A stretch of 62,933 bases of DNA from a virus (IMGVR_UViG_3300037424_000900:1-62933); one strand, 5' to 3'. Counted from the stretch's first letter, positions 10,415-19,294 are shown. Notes: a model not told the origin generated them from the letters alone. Translations and numbers: made by a program.

Positions 10415-11223
10415 ACTTCAAGAATTTTAGTTTTCCAATATTCAAACGTTAATTTACTTAAATTCCATTTCTGGTTTACAATTCTTTGCAATTCCGAGTT
10501 TAAAAACCGCTCGTTAATTTCTTCCCAATCATCAACAAAACAAATCGGTAAGTCTTTATAAAATAATGTATTAATACAACCCTTAACAATTGGGATGGTA
10601 TTCATGTATAATGATTCCCATAATCTTACTGTATCAATTCCATTACCTTGTGGGCAAAGTACAAATCTATGATGATAAACATCATCTATGTATTTATCAA
10701 ATCTTTCCCCATTTGTCCCCCGTGCGCTAGTTACCCAAGGTTTGCCTTCAAACATTTGATATAATCTCATACGCTCTTTGACATTTGTCCCTGTTGTGAA
10801 ATTCATATACATCAAACTGCGGCAAGTCTTTACTTCATTAAGTTTATTTGTCATTTGTTCCTTTTTATGGATGTTAGGAAACCAACGAGAATTCTCCAAC
10901 CCTATTGGAATAGATTCAATTACAGGATTAATTATATCCACGTTCTGAGCAAACCACTTTTTAATATTAGGGGTAAATATACAAGTTTCATTTACAGCAT
11001 CATCAGAATTATGAGTTATTAAAATCAAAGACTTTTTAACCCCGGCAATAATTTCCAATAATTCCTTAACGTAAAAAGTATGACAATATATTTTACTTCC
11101 ATCCTTCAACAAATTTAAATCCAATGTATTGGCTAATTTATTACAATCATCCGTATGATTAGATGAATAAACAAAATCAGCCAATTCCACAAACTTTTCC
11201 CCTGTTATCCAATCGTTATTCAT
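10411..11223 (-). CDS. Exostosin-like (GT47-type) glycosyltransferase
   Basis: ITHNSD, WFAQN, IPIGLEN and FVLCPQGNGIDTVRLWESLYMNTIPIV. Confidence 0.8.
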   Translation of the reverse strand: MNNDWITGEKFVELADFVYSSNHTDDCNKLANTLDLNLLKDGSKIYCHTFYVKELLEIIAGVKKSLILITHNSDDAVNETCIFTPNIKKWFAQNVDIINPVIESIPIGLENSRWFPNIHKKEQMTNKLNEVKTCRSLMYMNFTTGTNVKERMRLYQMFEGKPWVTSARGTNGERFDKYIDDVYHHRFVLCPQGNGIDTVRLWESLYMNTIPIVKGCINTLFYKDLPICFVDDWEEINERFLNSELQRIVNQKWNLSKLTFEYWKTKILEV

Positions 11224-12133
11224 AACTCAAGTATTTATGTAAGTTTTTAGAATGAATATGTAAATTGTTTATTCGAACTTCTTTTGGAGAAAGGAAAGAA
11301 CCATAACGAAAATAAGGCACCTTTTTATGGTCTTCATCTTTCCAAACTACTTTATAAGATGCATTTTCACGAAGTAATTGACCAATGTAATGATCTTCTG
11401 GTTTAGCTCCTGGAATACCGTCTGTTGTTCCCCCGACAAATTGCCCCCAAGATGCTGGATCAAATATAGAATTAAATTTGTCTGCATCTTTTGAGTATGG
11501 GCCAAATGGTAATATCGGTAAAGATGACAACTCACTTTCTCCCTTTTCTTTTTGATATATTCTCATTAAAGTCATTTCATTTACCATGTCACAACTATAA
11601 TTATCACGTATCCACCCCAAAGGATTCTTAGATAATAAAGTGATAAAAAATTCTGTCATTCGAGAAAGGGCAAAGCTATCTTTAATAAACAATAGTCCTG
11701 TCATTGCTTTATCTGGGCCACCAACAGTTATAGCCAAACTGCGATATAATTGAGTAAATAATGAATGATGTTTACTAATATCATAGTAAAGTAATACATC
11801 ATTTTCAATATGATAAACATCATTTAATCCATATGTCCTCAACAATTCTTCAATATACATTAAACGAGTTGCTGTAATAGTCCAAAAATCATCCTTATCC
11901 TTTTTATATAATTCCTGAAATGTTGATATTTTTGGAGTTATAAAATTATCTTTATTCACAACCACCATATTAGGAAATTCTTTGAACATTGGATTAGCTT
12001 TATGCCCTTTATCTGTAAGAAACCAAACACGTGTATTAGGATTCCACCAGAATAATTGTTGTAAGCAGAACTTCAAATGGCTCGGAAATGTCGAACCAGA
12101 ATGAAACATAACTATGTTATTTAATTGATCCAT
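11216..12133 (-). CDS. Putative glycosyltransferase (GT-A-like)
   Basis: FWTITATRLMYI, HIENDVLLY (DxD-like), NEM, FDPASWGQFVGG, NLHIHSK; lies inside the GT cluster. Confidence 0.6.
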   Translation of the reverse strand: MDQLNNIVMFHSGSTFPSHLKFCLQQLFWWNPNTRVWFLTDKGHKANPMFKEFPNMVVVNKDNFITPKISTFQELYKKDKDDFWTITATRLMYIEELLRTYGLNDVYHIENDVLLYYDISKHHSLFTQLYRSLAITVGGPDKAMTGLLFIKDSFALSRMTEFFITLLSKNPLGWIRDNYSCDMVNEMTLMRIYQKEKGESELSSLPILPFGPYSKDADKFNSIFDPASWGQFVGGTTDGIPGAKPEDHYIGQLLRENASYKVVWKDEDHKKVPYFRYGSFLSPKEVRINNLHIHSKNLHKYLSYE

Positions 12134-12861
12134 GAGTGCAAACTTATTTTATCCAATCCCATATTATGACTATCTTGTATAAATTTCTCAACAGCTTCAT
12201 CAGACCATATTTCCTTTTTTGCTTTTGATCCCGTTCGTAAGATTCTATGAATATATGCCCCCGGATGATTTAAACTCATCCAATGTCCGTATAATTCATA
12301 TTCAGAAAATCCAGACCATTCCCTTGATTCATTTACATCTAAAATAACTTTATCAATAAAGCCAAATACTGACAAGTGTAATTTTTCAAGCATTTCCAAT
12401 ACATATCCCCGTTTAAATAACATAATTTCGTTAATAAATGAATAGGGATTAGCTTGGGTAACTCCAAATAGTCTTGTCATTAATTCAAAATAAGGTTTAT
12501 GAAACTGATTTTTACCATGATAAAAACAAGGGTAATTTGGATTAACCTGTAATGGACGCATTAAAACAGTATCTCCATCAATCACCAAATAATTATGATC
12601 AGTAATGGTTTGAAATAACTTTATGAATTGTTGTTTGTACCACCCCTTTCTTTTATTATCAAACAATTCAAAATCAATAGGTAAAACATCCCTGTCCAAA
12701 TGATAATTAATTGCTCGTTCAGGCTTATATTTTTCTGGTATTTCTATATCAGACACTACATGAATTTTATTAAACCTCAAAACATATAAGTCAATAGGGT
12801 TTACACAAAATCTCAATTTATTGAAATCTTTTTCTGCTATGGTTATTAATATGTCAAACAT
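12121..12861 (-). CDS. Putative glycosyltransferase (DUF6492-like GT-A)
   Basis: GWYKQQFIKL, YLVIDGDT (DxD), FSEYELYG; start set at ATG 12861 (MFDILIT). Confidence 0.65.
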   Translation of the reverse strand: MFDILITIAEKDFNKLRFCVNPIDLYVLRFNKIHVVSDIEIPEKYKPERAINYHLDRDVLPIDFELFDNKRKGWYKQQFIKLFQTITDHNYLVIDGDTVLMRPLQVNPNYPCFYHGKNQFHKPYFELMTRLFGVTQANPYSFINEIMLFKRGYVLEMLEKLHLSVFGFIDKVILDVNESREWSGFSEYELYGHWMSLNHPGAYIHRILRTGSKAKKEIWSDEAVEKFIQDSHNMGLDKISLHSWIN

Positions 12862-12871
12862 AAAATTTAAA

Positions 12872-13636
12872 TTAAATTTTAATCCAATTTGCTGGATAAA
12901 TTTGTTCAGTAGGTTTACCACCAATCCATTCTTTTGGAGCAACTACTGTTTTGCTTTCCCCTATAAAGGCCGGCCACCAACTAAACGTACTATGAGAAAT
13001 TACTTTGTTTGGAATAATTCTCATCAATTCAAATTCCAAATAATCTGTTAAGTGTACAAAATAAATATTACTACTAAAGTACATTTTTTTAAATACTCCT
13101 TTACACCATTTCAAATCATCTGAAAATATAAATAAATCCCCCTTATTACAATTCGACACTGCTTCATAATAATACTTAAAAGGCAAATATCCAAATCCGT
13201 TATGAGCCCCATAATCTCCACGCCTAACATGAATTGCTATTGAGTCTTCTTTTATAAGAGATTTCCAATCATAAAATTCCTTAGTCAACAATTCATCTTT
13301 TACTTGAATTTCCTGTTGTAGTATATTATAAATAGGCTCTGTATTGTAATAATTTAAATATTGCCAATAGCCATCATAATATGAAGCATCTGTCATTAAT
13401 AATTCTAAATTCTCTTTTGTATCCTGAGTAATTAATTTTCGTTTACCGGGCATTAATCCAGATTCTATTTCAATGGTTTTGAATTTATCAAGTAAATATG
13501 GCCGATCAGGTATTGTGTGAACTTTAAACCATTCAGTATCAAATGTAACATTAATGCCGTTTAACACTTGACAACGGGCAAATGCATATTGAAATAATTG
13601 ATTTCCTAATCCACCTTTAATTCGAATTACATTCAT
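12872..13636 (-). CDS. Alpha-1,2-fucosyltransferase family (GT11)
   Basis: GT11 motifs GGLGNQLFQYA, GYWQ, HVRRGDY, FSDD and STFSWW all present; start at 13636 overlaps the upstream stop (ATGA). Confidence 0.92.
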   Translation of the reverse strand: MNVIRIKGGLGNQLFQYAFARCQVLNGINVTFDTEWFKVHTIPDRPYLLDKFKTIEIESGLMPGKRKLITQDTKENLELLMTDASYYDGYWQYLNYYNTEPIYNILQQEIQVKDELLTKEFYDWKSLIKEDSIAIHVRRGDYGAHNGFGYLPFKYYYEAVSNCNKGDLFIFSDDLKWCKGVFKKMYFSSNIYFVHLTDYLEFELMRIIPNKVISHSTFSWWPAFIGESKTVVAPKEWIGGKPTEQIYPANWIKI

Positions 13637-14343
13637 AATAAATCCTTTACATTGCATTTTCTAAAATGAGTGATTTTACTATCAGGACTACAATTAATTA
13701 TTTCTACTCCTAATCGTTTAGCATCTTTGGATATTGCTTCAAACCCTATTAAATGAGTGTCAAACGTTGAAAATACATTCATTCTCTTTTTATTCCTTGG
13801 ATCAAGAATTCTACTTCTGCGCCCGTATAGATCATGCCAATGTTGGTTGCTAGCACTATCTAATGTCATATCAAATCCAAGTAAAATAATCCTTTTCGCT
13901 CCTGTTCGTACAGCAAGATTGATAGCAGCAGCCCCACTATTATTATTCCAACTCACCATACGGCTATTACTGGTTATTCCATGGGGGTAGTTAGTATCTT
14001 TAGGGACATATTTAACATAATCATAACAATTAACATTTGGGTGACATGATACTTTAATGCCGGGGTATTCTGCAAGTTGTTTTTTTCTTTCAAGAAAAAA
14101 AGTAACATCCCCAAAAAATACTATGTCCATCCAATCTCCAATTAAATATGCAACGTTTACTCCTATTGTATGTTTATTATGAATAACCTTCATATAATCT
14201 GAGTAAACGCTTGGAGAAGATGAGCCATTTATTACAGTTTTAACCACGTGATCTGGTATTTCAAACTGTTTAGTAATACTTGGCCCTCCTCCTATGATCC
14301 AAACGTCACCACCTTCCCATATTTTAGGAACCTGCCAAATCAT
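13633..14343 (-). CDS. Maf/DUF115- or sialyltransferase-like transferase
   Basis: WIIGGGPS, IGVN, FFGD, NSGAAAINLA...GAKRIILLGFDM...HWH, IINCS. Confidence 0.65.
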   Translation of the reverse strand: MIWQVPKIWEGGDVWIIGGGPSITKQFEIPDHVVKTVINGSSSPSVYSDYMKVIHNKHTIGVNVAYLIGDWMDIVFFGDVTFFLERKKQLAEYPGIKVSCHPNVNCYDYVKYVPKDTNYPHGITSNSRMVSWNNNSGAAAINLAVRTGAKRIILLGFDMTLDSASNQHWHDLYGRRSRILDPRNKKRMNVFSTFDTHLIGFEAISKDAKRLGVEIINCSPDSKITHFRKCNVKDLL

Positions 14344-14717
14344 TTCCCCAAATCTTCAATTAATTGGTTTGCAGCTTTTTCATCCAAGGCATTTTCTCCA
14401 ATAATCTTGCCCTTTTCGTTGACAATATAAAATAACCCTTCTTCACCTTCTTTATCTGATGGCAGTAATGAATAAGCCGGAATTTTTGCTTTGATTAGTT
14501 CCTTTTCCTTTTCAGGAGTAATAGGTATTGCTTCAAGAGGCAATGCCAAATCTACAGAGCCGGGGGGAATGTCATTTGGATGGGCTTGAAATTTCATACC
14601 GGGGGCAATTATACGAAGCTTTCCATCAATTTTAAGATACATTGATCCACCCCCTATTTTTCTGTACCAAATCTTGCCGTCATTTTGTACGGTCTTTTCT
14701 TTATTTCCTCGTTCCAT
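14340..14717 (-). CDS. Small capsid-adjacent protein
   Basis: 125 aa directly downstream of the MCP; coupled to the GT cluster by an ATGA overlap; begins MERG. Confidence 0.6.
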   Translation of the reverse strand: MERGNKEKTVQNDGKIWYRKIGGGSMYLKIDGKLRIIAPGMKFQAHPNDIPPGSVDLALPLEAIPITPEKEKELIKAKIPAYSLLPSDKEGEEGLFYIVNEKGKIIGENALDEKAANQLIEDLGK

Positions 14718-14771
14718 GATTAGATAATAATTAATTAATTAAACATTTAAAATCACATGATTAGTGATTTT
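14714..14771 (-). promoter_or_regulatory. Twin CTAATCA element after the major capsid gene
   Basis: Hairpin AAAATCAC-TAATCAT-GTGATTTT, then CTAATCATGG at the next start; 41-nt spacing identical to 5866-5921. Confidence 0.6.
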
Positions 14772-14775
14772 TTAA

Positions 14776-15906
14776 TTATGACATATGAACAATACCAGTT
14801 TTTCCGTTCTGATCACTACGTATCTGTGGAACTCGAATGGTCATGACTTTATATTTAGTAATCATGTTACCTTCGACAGCCCATTCAACGTTAGTTAAAC
14901 CCATTCCCTGAACTAACCGTACAACGTCAGAAGTCATTTGAACTAAAAGAATATTATCAGCGGTCAAAGTATCAACCACTTTTATTCCTTTAATACCATC
15001 AATCTTCAATATACGTTCACGAATAGTCGTGCCAGGAGTTGTAGAATCATAGTCTTCATCCAATACAGTTTCGTAAGCAGTTGGAATATACAATTGCCAT
15101 GGTCCAAAATGCAAAGCATTAATAGATGCCTGTTTCATATTAACAACATCCTTTATAATCTTTGCTCCCTTTCCAGTAGCAGTAGAATCTTCTATATCAT
15201 TCCAATGCCCATACGTAAATGACACTGTATTACGATCTGGATGATTGATATAACTGTAAATAGTATTACGATTGCGATCATCTTTTTCACCATAGGAATA
15301 ATTGATGTTAGTAAAGAACATCTTTTCTAACCTTTCCAACACTTTTCTGGTTGCTCTTTCAGCGTGGGTAGTATCTAATGGATTACCCATATTTCTACTT
15401 GCAGCCAAATCTCTAGCATTGATTTCATAATCGTAGTGAATGATTGGGATAGGTAAGTAATTATGTTTGAATTTCGGGCGGTCATTGTTGCCACGAGTAA
15501 CCCCATCCATTGATACAACAGCTTCACCGAAATCGCTAACATCATGCCATTCCAAAACAGTAGTAGCCATTCCATTACCGAGGTTATACACCAGCCCTTT
15601 TGAAATAAGGTCATCGGCTCCACCTAGTCTTTGACGACTAACTTCCATAATAGTTTGATCCAATTGCTTCCACTCATCCCTACGCAATGTGCCATTCGTT
15701 TGCATTCTATTTATTTGGAATTCTTTGTAATGTTTCGGATTTTTTGGATCACGACCCACCAACAAATTAACACAAATTGCTCCATTAGATTTCATGTATG
15801 GGCGCATCTTACCGATGTCCATACGACCATTTGTTGCAAGATAACCAGCTACATCCCCTTGGAATTGTACTTGGCCTTGTCCGTTATTTAAAATTAAGTC
15901 TACCAT
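14776..15906 (-). CDS. Major capsid protein (HK97 fold, encapsulin/Linocin M18-related type)
   Basis: 376 aa; LRRDEWKQLD, PIPIIHYDY, PLDTTHAERATRKV, VPQIRSD; strong AAAGGAGG; follows protease and decoration genes. Confidence 0.88.
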   Translation of the reverse strand: MVDLILNNGQGQVQFQGDVAGYLATNGRMDIGKMRPYMKSNGAICVNLLVGRDPKNPKHYKEFQINRMQTNGTLRRDEWKQLDQTIMEVSRQRLGGADDLISKGLVYNLGNGMATTVLEWHDVSDFGEAVVSMDGVTRGNNDRPKFKHNYLPIPIIHYDYEINARDLAASRNMGNPLDTTHAERATRKVLERLEKMFFTNINYSYGEKDDRNRNTIYSYINHPDRNTVSFTYGHWNDIEDSTATGKGAKIIKDVVNMKQASINALHFGPWQLYIPTAYETVLDEDYDSTTPGTTIRERILKIDGIKGIKVVDTLTADNILLVQMTSDVVRLVQGMGLTNVEWAVEGNMITKYKVMTIRVPQIRSDQNGKTGIVHMS

Positions 15907-15921
15907 GTGTTTCCTCCTTTC

Positions 15922-16419
15922 TTAAATGATTCTTATTTGAATCAACTGTGAATTTCCAGAAAGGCTTGATTCAGAACCTTCCAATGTAGATAAGTCCTGG
16001 GCTTCCAAAACAATCCCCACAATATGGGAATCATACTGTGAATGAGCAACCTGAGCATCTGCAGATTCCCAACTATCATTTGTTCTTACTTCCTTACGAA
16101 GATAACCAAGTCCATTTGATTCTACACGATCCCCAATCACTACATTTTCCCCATCAGCAAGTAAAGCATAAACAATATCCCCCCGATTTGGAATCCAGCA
16201 ACGTACTTGGTCGCTTGCGATGTAAGCATCATCAACATCTTTACCTTGTAAAGAGTCTTCAATAGCAAACATAGGCAATGCAGTTTTACCTGCTCCACTA
16301 TGTTTTTGAACAGTTCCTGCACTGGTAAGCTCTATCAGATTACCAGGAAGAATAGCAGCTGCTGCTGTATATTCTTCAAAAACATTCGAATAATTTTTTG
16401 CAATAATTGTATTAGGCAT
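15922..16419 (-). CDS. Capsid decoration / cement protein
   Basis: 165 aa between protease and MCP; AAAAILPGNLIE, GDRVESNGLGYLRK; AGGAGG upstream. Confidence 0.7.
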   Translation of the reverse strand: MPNTIIAKNYSNVFEEYTAAAAILPGNLIELTSAGTVQKHSGAGKTALPMFAIEDSLQGKDVDDAYIASDQVRCWIPNRGDIVYALLADGENVVIGDRVESNGLGYLRKEVRTNDSWESADAQVAHSQYDSHIVGIVLEAQDLSTLEGSESSLSGNSQLIQIRII

Positions 16420-16436
16420 ATTCTCCTCCTTTCTTA

Positions 16437-17918
16437 TTATTTAGATTCTATTTCAACACCTGTTGGATAAAGTGGTTCTTCATCCATATTTGTTGAAAAA
16501 TTATTTGAGGTAAATCCACCATTTAAAGTATAGTCAACCTTTTCGTCAACTTTTTTATTTAAGGTGGTATACAACCTTTCAAGCATAGTTCTGTCCATTG
16601 CGTTAAGAACTTCATCAGACCAAGTTTCCTTACCAGCATTTGCTTGGATACTTGATATCATTTGCTTTCTGTTTTCAGCCAATTGGTGTTCACCATAGGC
16701 AAGAGCTTCCTTCTGTTGAACAGACATTGCATTTAATATCTGTTCATTAGTTACCGTTACCGGGGCAGGTGTTTCTTCTTTTTTCGGCATGATTGAATCC
16801 AAAAAGGCTTCATCTTGCAGTAAAAGGAATTCCCGGTGAGCTTCAGTGTATGGAGTTGCATTACTGTTTATAATAGTAACGATCTTTTCCATGCACTGTC
16901 CACAATTTTTGTCAGGCATTTGATCCTCCTTTTTATTTAATTTATCACCCCTTTTCATTGTTATTGGTTGCTTCGGGGTGTATGAAACATCCACTTTTTT
17001 AACTACTTCTGTTGGTTCTCCGGTTAACTCCACCATACCATCATCCTTAGTTGTATAATTTTGCTTCATTAATTTTGCTTGACCCATATTTCGATCACGC
17101 ATTTCATAAATAACAGCATCGTCATACATTTCCTCAAGATAATGATATGTATTTTGAGTATCCATTGAATATATATGCTCTCGCATCTTGTCCGTCTTAG
17201 CTTTAAAACCAGGAATGTCCATTTTAGCTTTATTCTGAACAAATGTAAATCCAACAGAATTAAGTAATTTCATCGCCTCTAAAGTTTCCATACCTTCAGG
17301 CTTTATGTCATTACTGTTTAATTTTTCCACATTTTTGCCTCCTTTCATTTTATTGTTATTATTAAATCTGATTCCACAGCCATCCTCAAGACTACATGCA
17401 CCTACACCGTCGGGCAAGATTGCGAGGTGGTCAGGCTTGAAATTCTTGACTATTTCCTCATAGCTTTCTCCTTTCCATTGTCCTTGTATAGAATCATTGT
17501 CTGTAAATAATCCTGTACTAACTTCAATGCTATTTTTACTTTGAATGTTTTTTAACACCCCTGCTGCTATTGATTCAAGAGACTCTTTGTTCAAGTAAAG
17601 ATCAGCATTCAATCCCCCTTCTTCATTAACATGAGTGTTAAATATAGTTCCAACCTTTATTGTCTCCAACACATCCGGGGAATTCGCTGAAATACTCACT
17701 CCATCCTTTGTTGGATGATTAATTACTACAGGCCTACCATTCCATAATATAGAACTGTTTTCAATTTCTTCTTTTGGATAGTAGAGTGGACCATTGTTTC
17801 CACTATGAACCCCTTCAACAAGCATTGTTACTGGTACTACAAGATGAGGTTTCCCCTCAAACTCTATTTCTTTTATACTACCAGCAGCATTTGCCTTTAC
17901 AAATTGTATTGTTTTCAT
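16437..17918 (-). CDS. Prohead protease (DUF2213-like) with C-terminal scaffold
   Basis: WNGRPVVINHP, EVSTG, PDHLAILPDGVGACS...GCG; in-frame internal starts with AGGAGG at 17330 (GTG) and 16919 (ATG). Confidence 0.85.
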   Translation of the reverse strand: MKTIQFVKANAAGSIKEIEFEGKPHLVVPVTMLVEGVHSGNNGPLYYPKEEIENSSILWNGRPVVINHPTKDGVSISANSPDVLETIKVGTIFNTHVNEEGGLNADLYLNKESLESIAAGVLKNIQSKNSIEVSTGLFTDNDSIQGQWKGESYEEIVKNFKPDHLAILPDGVGACSLEDGCGIRFNNNNKMKGGKNVEKLNSNDIKPEGMETLEAMKLLNSVGFTFVQNKAKMDIPGFKAKTDKMREHIYSMDTQNTYHYLEEMYDDAVIYEMRDRNMGQAKLMKQNYTTKDDGMVELTGEPTEVVKKVDVSYTPKQPITMKRGDKLNKKEDQMPDKNCGQCMEKIVTIINSNATPYTEAHREFLLLQDEAFLDSIMPKKEETPAPVTVTNEQILNAMSVQQKEALAYGEHQLAENRKQMISSIQANAGKETWSDEVLNAMDRTMLERLYTTLNKKVDEKVDYTLNGGFTSNNFSTNMDEEPLYPTGVEIESK

Positions 17919-17929
17919 ATGAGTTGTTA

Positions 17930-18331
17930 TTATTTTTTAACATTTTCTCCATTCATATCAACTAATTTCCCCCAAATATTATCCACCGTTGTATGAACTT
18001 CCTCTTGGCTTGTATGAATTAAATTTAAAGTTTCCCTAAGCATATCCATTTGACATTTCAATGAATCTATATCATCTGTACTTGCTTTACCACGAAACCG
18101 ATCATCCAATTCTTTTTTTTCTTCTTTTCTTCTTTGAGAAAAAGCCCCCCATGCAAAAAGACTTGCTGATGCTAATAAACCATACCCCCAAATTAAAATT
18201 TCCTGTGGATTTTGCCAACCTATTTTAAATACAACAGATGTAATAATAATACAGATTGCAAGACCTCCAAACCAAGCCAAAATAGGCTGCCAAAAATATT
18301 TATTCATAAAATCATTGTTTTTAATTATCAT
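17930..18331 (-). CDS. Membrane protein, 2 TM + coiled coil (holin-like or anti-sigma)
   Basis: Two hydrophobic segments then a charged helical tail; start set at 18331 by TAATG coupling. Confidence 0.55.
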   Translation of the reverse strand: MIIKNNDFMNKYFWQPILAWFGGLAICIIITSVVFKIGWQNPQEILIWGYGLLASASLFAWGAFSQRRKEEKKELDDRFRGKASTDDIDSLKCQMDMLRETLNLIHTSQEEVHTTVDNIWGKLVDMNGENVKK

Positions 18332-18711
18332 TACCTTCTCATAATTATTACATAGGTGATTCCCAACAAAATTAAACATACTAAAATAACACTCCAAATA
18401 GATTCCCAAGTCTGTTTGGAAAATAAATATATCCCAGAATAACAACTAAATTGATACACTAATTTCAAAAAAAAATAAGGCATTAAAATGTAACGAAAAA
18501 CATTCCGAACTACTTCGAATGTCAAAATTGAAATAATCCATGTTAAAAATAAAAATAAACCATTTTCAGCTACAGACCATTCCATGTCCCAAAACGTAGC
18601 AGATAAGCCTAAATAACCATTGAACGAAAGATGGTATAGGCTTATTGCTACCATAAACAATAAACACCCAACTATTATTAACACTTCCAACAAATCTACT
18701 TTCTTTTTCAC
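18331..18711 (-). CDS. Polytopic membrane protein (about 4 TM)
   Basis: Very hydrophobic 126 aa; GTG start overlaps the upstream stop (GTGA). Confidence 0.6.
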   Translation of the reverse strand: MKKKVDLLEVLIIVGCLLFMVAISLYHLSFNGYLGLSATFWDMEWSVAENGLFLFLTWIISILTFEVVRNVFRYILMPYFFLKLVYQFSCYSGIYLFSKQTWESIWSVILVCLILLGITYVIIMRR

Positions 18712-18788
18712 TTTTTCGTTCCTTTTCCTTTTGTTTTAGTTCCACTTCCTCCAGTTGGGGGTTTAGGTGGTTTTGGTTCTACTGGCAT
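18708..18788 (-). CDS. 26-aa Pro/Gly/Lys peptide MPVEPKPPKPPTGGSGTKTKGKGTKK
   Basis: Fills the gap between the sigma gene and the membrane gene exactly, with a GTGA overlap; below the ORF-track cutoff. Confidence 0.55.
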   Translation of the reverse strand: MPVEPKPPKPPTGGSGTKTKGKGTKK

Positions 18789-18791
18789 ACT

Positions 18792-19292
18792 TCATTCCTC
18801 CATTTTTAGTTTTAAACATTTTTTAAGCGTTACTTTTGCCCTTAAAAATTGACACCGCAAATTTACGGATGGACATTTCAATTCTTCTGCAATTTCTCTA
18901 TACCTCAACCCATCCCAATAATGCTTTTTGATAATTAACTGTTGTAATTTAGAAATCTCTTTATTGGACAGTATAATATCCAACAATGTATCTTTAAACT
19001 CATCGTAATCATCATTCACTGGTAGGTTTATCAAATTCGTTTGTGAGTAATCCGTTGTTTTATTATTTCTTCTGTACTCATCTATACAAAGGTTAATTAC
19101 CACACGACGCAAAAACATATATAAATGCATCTCTGTCTCAAACTCATACTCATTCTTGCGGGCATCTAATATCCGCAAGCTGCTTTCTTGAATTACTTCA
19201 TCGAATTCCAAATGATAGGATTGAGCCAAGTTATAATAGTTTTTACGATTTTCGTAAAACACATTTAACATCTGTACTTTTGTTAGTTTCAT
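18792..19292 (-). CDS. ECF-type sigma-70 factor (late arm)
   Basis: DEVIQE...FLRRVVINLCIDEYRR (region 2); HYWDGLRYREIAEELK...RAKVTLKK (region 4). Confidence 0.8.
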   Translation of the reverse strand: MKLTKVQMLNVFYENRKNYYNLAQSYHLEFDEVIQESSLRILDARKNEYEFETEMHLYMFLRRVVINLCIDEYRRNNKTTDYSQTNLINLPVNDDYDEFKDTLLDIILSNKEISKLQQLIIKKHYWDGLRYREIAEELKCPSVNLRCQFLRAKVTLKKCLKLKMEE

Positions 19293-19294
19293 AA

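Noticed and set aside
7882-14343. Host capsule/O-antigen locus or gtrABC serotype-conversion cassette
   Set aside because: No flippase, polymerase, sugar-synthesis or membrane GT genes; the block is coupled inside the head operon.
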